Assembly (NCBI GenBank): GCA_001600815.1
Contig: BCKZ01000021.1
Coordinates: forward strand, 124,001 to 188,000
Reading direction: 5' to 3'
DNA: 64,000 bases
Origin: Alloascoidea hylecoeti
Taxonomy: Eukaryota
Shown here one piece after another: positions 59,588 through 64,000 of the stretch. The notes under the pieces were generated by a model. The model searched no databases, had not been told where the DNA came from, and saw only the letters and a list, made by a program, of their open reading frames with translations. Each line of letters starts with the position of its first letter. Within the stretch, counting starts at the first letter, position 1. The position numbers and the translations under genes were made by a program.

Positions 59588-61219
59588 TGATTCCATAATT
59601 CATATAACATGATGCATGCATATATAGGAGTAACTGCAGGCTTCATATATGTGAACCAATATATATATAAAATATTCTAACCATAATATATCAGCCTCAG
59701 TCAGCTATGGCATACAGTTCAAATTTTTAACTTCAAGATTAAGTAGCTCTCAAGGAAGTATATGGGTTGAGAAAATGTAAATCTGAACTCAAACTCGATC
59801 GAGATGCCAATTACAAGAGGCCCTGCAGTTGCTGAGCAAATATAAACTAGTATCAAATCTGAAGTAATCTTAGTGGGGTGGCTCTGTTGTTACAAACTTG
59901 AAGCTTCTTAAAGTCTCAAAACTGATAATTAGGTTTGGTGCTTTATAAAAAGAAATGAAAATATATAAATTATAAACGTAGGGCATTAAAGAGAAAACTT
60001 GGATTAAAATGTAAGGGCAAATAAAACAAAACCCCTAAAGAATCAAGAAATTTCATTAGTGGCTTATCAATCATCTATAATAAACCCTAATACAGGAAAC
60101 TCCGTTTTTTTTTTTATAGGTACAATTTAACTGTTCTGCATAACTGAACTTGATCTGGCATATGCATATGAGTAGACACAGTATTGCCTAATATGGATTC
60201 AAATATTCAATAGCTGTTTGAAACGTATTTCAATTGCATGCGCAATTGTAACAATAATTGGGATTAAATTTTTTCTCATGGCATATAAATTATATTGGCG
60301 TTTCAGAAGAGTTATAAGTTATTATATATTTTGCGAAACCATCTCATTATTATTGTTTTAAACTTAAAAAATACTATGATTAGTATGTTACCATTTTCAC
60401 TTACCAAATTGAAACAAAAAGATCATATATCTCTGGCTAGATATTTATGGGCTATGGTTTCACATTAAAAAATTATAAATAGGGAAGATTTTACATCAAT
60501 ATCTTTTTTCATCATTTAAACATTCCCTTTTGACTACTCCATTGCAAACTACTATAGCTATATATAATTGCTTTCAAAAATAACAAATCCGACGAAGAAA
60601 AGAAAGAAAACTTTTTATGTAAGCATCATACACACTGGAAGTCATTTCAGAAGTAGTTTATAACTAATGATATAGTCGATGGACAAGTAATTCTTGCTAT
60701 CTGTGTTATTGCTTGATCGCATGACAATCATCAGAATTTTTTATGCTTTTTTTTCTACTTGTTTCTGGTTAGTTTTGTTTCCTTTTGTTTATAATACTTT
60801 TTTAACAGCATGATAATCATCATATTCAACTTTCGGTGAGTTACAGAATATTTGTAGCGATGAATAATTCATTAATTGTAATCGATAAATAGCACATCTA
60901 AAATTTCAATTTATAATACCGGTCTACATGAATCATTCTAACCCTTCACTATATAAATTGGTTTTATTAGTTTTACAATCATGGAAGTATTTTATTAGCT
61001 AATAAGGCCCAATAGAAACCAGCCGCCAATTGAAATCGGCCATAGTTAGGTCTATACAATGCTAGTTTATAATATACAATATAATGATGCTTGCTGGATC
61101 AATTTAGATTTATTATTTACCTGAAGTATAGACATATAAAATTAATTGACAAATTCCAGAATAAACTAACGATGATCCGATTGTATAATTTGTTTGAATA
61201 ATTGGTAGTAGAAACCTCC

Positions 61220-61809
61220 TTAAAATTGTAAGGCTTGACCTTTTTGTTTCTTGTCACCACCAAGTTCGAAATGCTTACATCTCTTTAAAGCAAGTTGTGC
61301 CTTAGATTTGCACTTGGTACATTCAAGACGTAAAACAATCTTCTTTGTAGTTTTGGCTTTCTTGTGGAAGACTGGCTTTGTTTGACCACCATAACCGGCT
61401 TGTTTACGGTCATATCTTCTTTTTCCCTGGGCAAAAAGTGAAGCTTTACCGGCTTTGTATTGAGTGACCTTGTGAACGGTATGAGAATTGCACTTCTTGC
61501 AATAAGTTTTTCTTGTCTTTGGAATATTAACTATTATCAACTTGTTAGTATCAAGCTTACGTATCCATAAATGACTTGGTAATGTATTAAAGCTATGCGT
61601 CCCTTAAATGAATGTTCAATTATATCATATAAATTTATTCCAACTACATCTTTTATCGTTTTAGATCGATAGACAAATATTGGATGAAGTTATCGAGTTT
61701 CAACATTCGAAACAATTTTAAATGAAAAGGTCCATTCAAAGAAAACAATATAATATCTGGTAGAAACTTTAACACACACCATTCAATCAAAACCTGTGAA
61801 CTTACCCAT
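61220..61809 (-). CDS. RPL42: 60S ribosomal protein eL42 (L44/L36a), 2 exons
   Basis: Exon 1 ATGG (61809-61806), 275 nt intron 61805-61531 with [36 protein letters not shown]. Confidence 0.98.
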
Positions 61810-61912
61810 TTTTGTTGTCCCTAATACTGTCTTGTAGGCAAGGGCTTTTGTGATGCAAACGAAGGGGGTTTGATGATATTTGTCCCGTGTTTCCCAAAGT
61901 GGAATGTAAATG

Positions 61913-61927
61913 TAGGGCTTGGCCCTA
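61913..61927. promoter_or_regulatory. Tbf1-like palindrome in the RPL42 promoter
   Basis: TAGGGC-TTG-GCCCTA about 105 bp upstream of the ATG; further CCCTAA and AGGGCT nearby. Confidence 0.55.
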
Positions 61928-63476
61928 TAGACTATACAACACAACATCAAGTGGGCACTACTGGTATTAATGATGACAATTACTCGGTAGGAGAGTTACG
62001 CTCTAATATAGACTCCCATACAAAAAAGTCAGTAAACGTGTTGTTATGGTAATTCTAATTCCTTCTACTGGTAATTGTTTACACTGCAGTCAGCGCAGTG
62101 CCAATGGATTTTTAGTGAAGCCAGACGCGTTTCGTGCTAATCTGGGGAACACCTATCATTCTACCAGTTTTAGCATAGGTATGACCTGATCCTACCAAAT
62201 AAACAATATACTTCTTTTTCTCTGTAGTCGTCGACCAAGTGGTTGAATATAGTTAACCATTTTATTTTTTCCCCAAATTCATCGATTTAATAACGAACCA
62301 AATTTAAAGTTAAACCCTCCACTCGCCGATTGGATTGTTAGAATCAATTGCTATTCCCAGCTCGGCACCCATGTGACAAGATCATACAATTGCAAAGAAA
62401 CTAGTGTAAAGCGTTACATACTTTGTACAACATTAAATATCCTAAATTAAAGTTTATCAAGAGGTTTATGCTGAATCTCTCGGATATCCCTGTAGTCTAA
62501 GAGATACGAAGTCGTAGTATAAATATTAAATATAACGTGCAAATATTAAAGTAAATATGTCATATAGTTTTACTAGGGAATACTATCGTAACACACTAAG
62601 GAGGAAAAGATAAATATTAACAACATTAAGATAACACACAATATCAAATATTGATTGATCTTCAAGGAATGAGGACTTTCCATTTATAATCGGGTGTAAA
62701 ATTTAAAACATATGTTCACAGACGACCACTGCGTATCGCCGAGCATTCGAGCAATTTCGGGGATTTTTTGTGAGCTTCAATCCAATTAATCTAAATTTCA
62801 CACCTCGCGAACTTTGACACGACTTAGAGACTACTTCGAGCCAAACTAAGTGAATGTCAGACCTGAAGTTCTTCGATGGGATCACGATCTCAAGCGAATT
62901 TCACACCAGTCGTGTTTCGATTCAAGCAAGATCCTGCTTATGTCATGAGCCCAACCAAATAACTCAAAGGAAGTTGAAATTTTGAATCAGTAAAAACGAC
63001 AGAAAAAATATGTATGACTCAAGCTCCTGGATCCTCAAAGGTTATAGTTTACCCGAGTTTCTCAGAATACGCAAATTTTAGAGGTATAGCAAGCTCAAGG
63101 CCTCTTAAAAGACCTCGCTTAAGCATTATTTTTCAAAATATTTTATTGTTATATTCGTTTTTTTAGGATTTTGAGCTCGACTCAAATTCTGAAGGTGCAA
63201 AAGGTCCAAGATTAGGCTTGAGTGCTAGCCGATTCGCGGCCTACTATATCGTGTAGGTGGTAGGGGACCTATACCTATAACTAGATGGCTATAATATTGC
63301 TATAGGTATTGTTGATCAAATCAGCTTAACGTCATCATTAACAATTCCAAATTTAATTATATTATATATAGGTTACCGTTTAAGACAAATTCGTCGAGTC
63401 CGATCAGATTTAAAATTAAAGTTATAATAGCATGCGATGCTCCTTGCTATTATTGTTCAATTTGATATGTTATACA

Positions 63477-63514
63477 ATTATATTATATTATATTATATTA
63501 TATTATATTATATA
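63477..63514. repeat. (TATTA)n microsatellite, about 7 units
   Basis: Read directly from the sequence. Confidence 0.9.
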
Positions 63515-63613
63515 CGTATATATATGATGTCACGACTCAGAAAGATATTCTGGAGAAAAAACTTAATATAAATATATGAAATCTTGCATTTTTTCCTCCT
63601 TTCAATTACAAAT

Positions 63614-64000
63614 ATGAAAATCTGTAACGTTTTTTTGTTTTTAACATGTTTAGTAATTTATTATTTTTCAGTTGTTGCTTCAGATAATAGCACCATATCA
63701 AGTTATCCTGGAAGTAATGAAGATGTTCCTGTTCGTCAAATTCATTCACATAATGATTTCTGGAGAAAACGTCCATTTTATGATGCTGTTGAAAAGGGGG
63801 TTCAAGGTATAGAAGCCGATGTTTGGCTTTTGGATGATAATGACACAACGTTATACGTTGGACATCATCCTTACTATTTGAATAAAGAGAAAACATTGGA
63901 CAAATTATATATCCAACCAATTCTTGAAAGACTTGATAATGTGAATAATCCTAAATATCATTTACCTCAGGTTAAGAATTCTTCAGATTATAATGGAAAG
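63614..64000 (+). CDS. AIM6: Aim6-like PLC/GDPD-fold phosphodiesterase, N-terminal part (runs off the window edge)
   Basis: Manual translation: signal-like MKICNVFLFLTCLVIYYFSVVA, then IHSHNDFWRKRPFYDA..GIEADVWL..LYVGH..TLDKLYIQPIL. Confidence 0.88.
   Translation, partial: MKICNVFLFLTCLVIYYFSVVASDNSTISSYPGSNEDVPVRQIHSHNDFWRKRPFYDAVEKGVQGIEADVWLLDDNDTTLYVGHHPYYLNKEKTLDKLYIQPILERLDNVNNPKYHLPQVKNSSDYNGK

Noticed and set aside
59808..59825. CCAATTACAAGA..GGCCCTG, partly complementary to 18S rRNA as recalled
   Set aside because: Not adjacent to a D box and the flanks do not match rDNA; probably chance.
60728..60826. Minus-strand ATGATGA...CTGA resembling a C/D snoRNA
   Set aside because: Interior is A-rich low complexity with no plausible guide or terminal stem.
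63606..63920. 104 aa minus-strand ORF
   Set aside because: Antisense to the AIM6 frame.

Overview
A 64 kb AT-rich eukaryotic window from an intron-bearing budding yeast. An early-diverging Saccharomycotina lineage is my inference from about 30 short GT..CTAAC..YAG/AAG introns, retention of NECAP and PPIL1, and standard CUG=Leu decoding. Gene order: PRP16 (partial), MRPL20, NECAP-like, SKI7/HBS1-family GTPase, UFE1, CDC21, SGO1, MTD1, GYP1, pyruvate carboxylase; then a gene-sparse 17.7-33 kb tract with PIN2, TES1, a modular metallothionein and three orphan ORFs; then ARP5, NOP2, tRNA-Gln(TTG), SPC98, CRC1, PPIL1-type cyclophilin, BUD27/URI, an MCH-type MFS transporter, KRE33, DCS1, RPL42 and AIM6 (partial). 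No CRISPR, rRNA or recognisable transposon. Best leads: (1) BUD27/URI carries an in-frame Sgt1-type CS (Hsp90 co-chaperone) domain; (2) the HBS1-family gene has Ski7 exosome-binding motifs and a catalytically intact GTPase but lacks the Hbs1 N-terminus, suggesting an independently duplicated SKI7; (3) locally diverged Kre33; (4) a three-module metallothionein next to a PY-motif orphan; (5) 8-21 nt microexons in PYC. All family calls come from recalled motif similarity, not from database searches.
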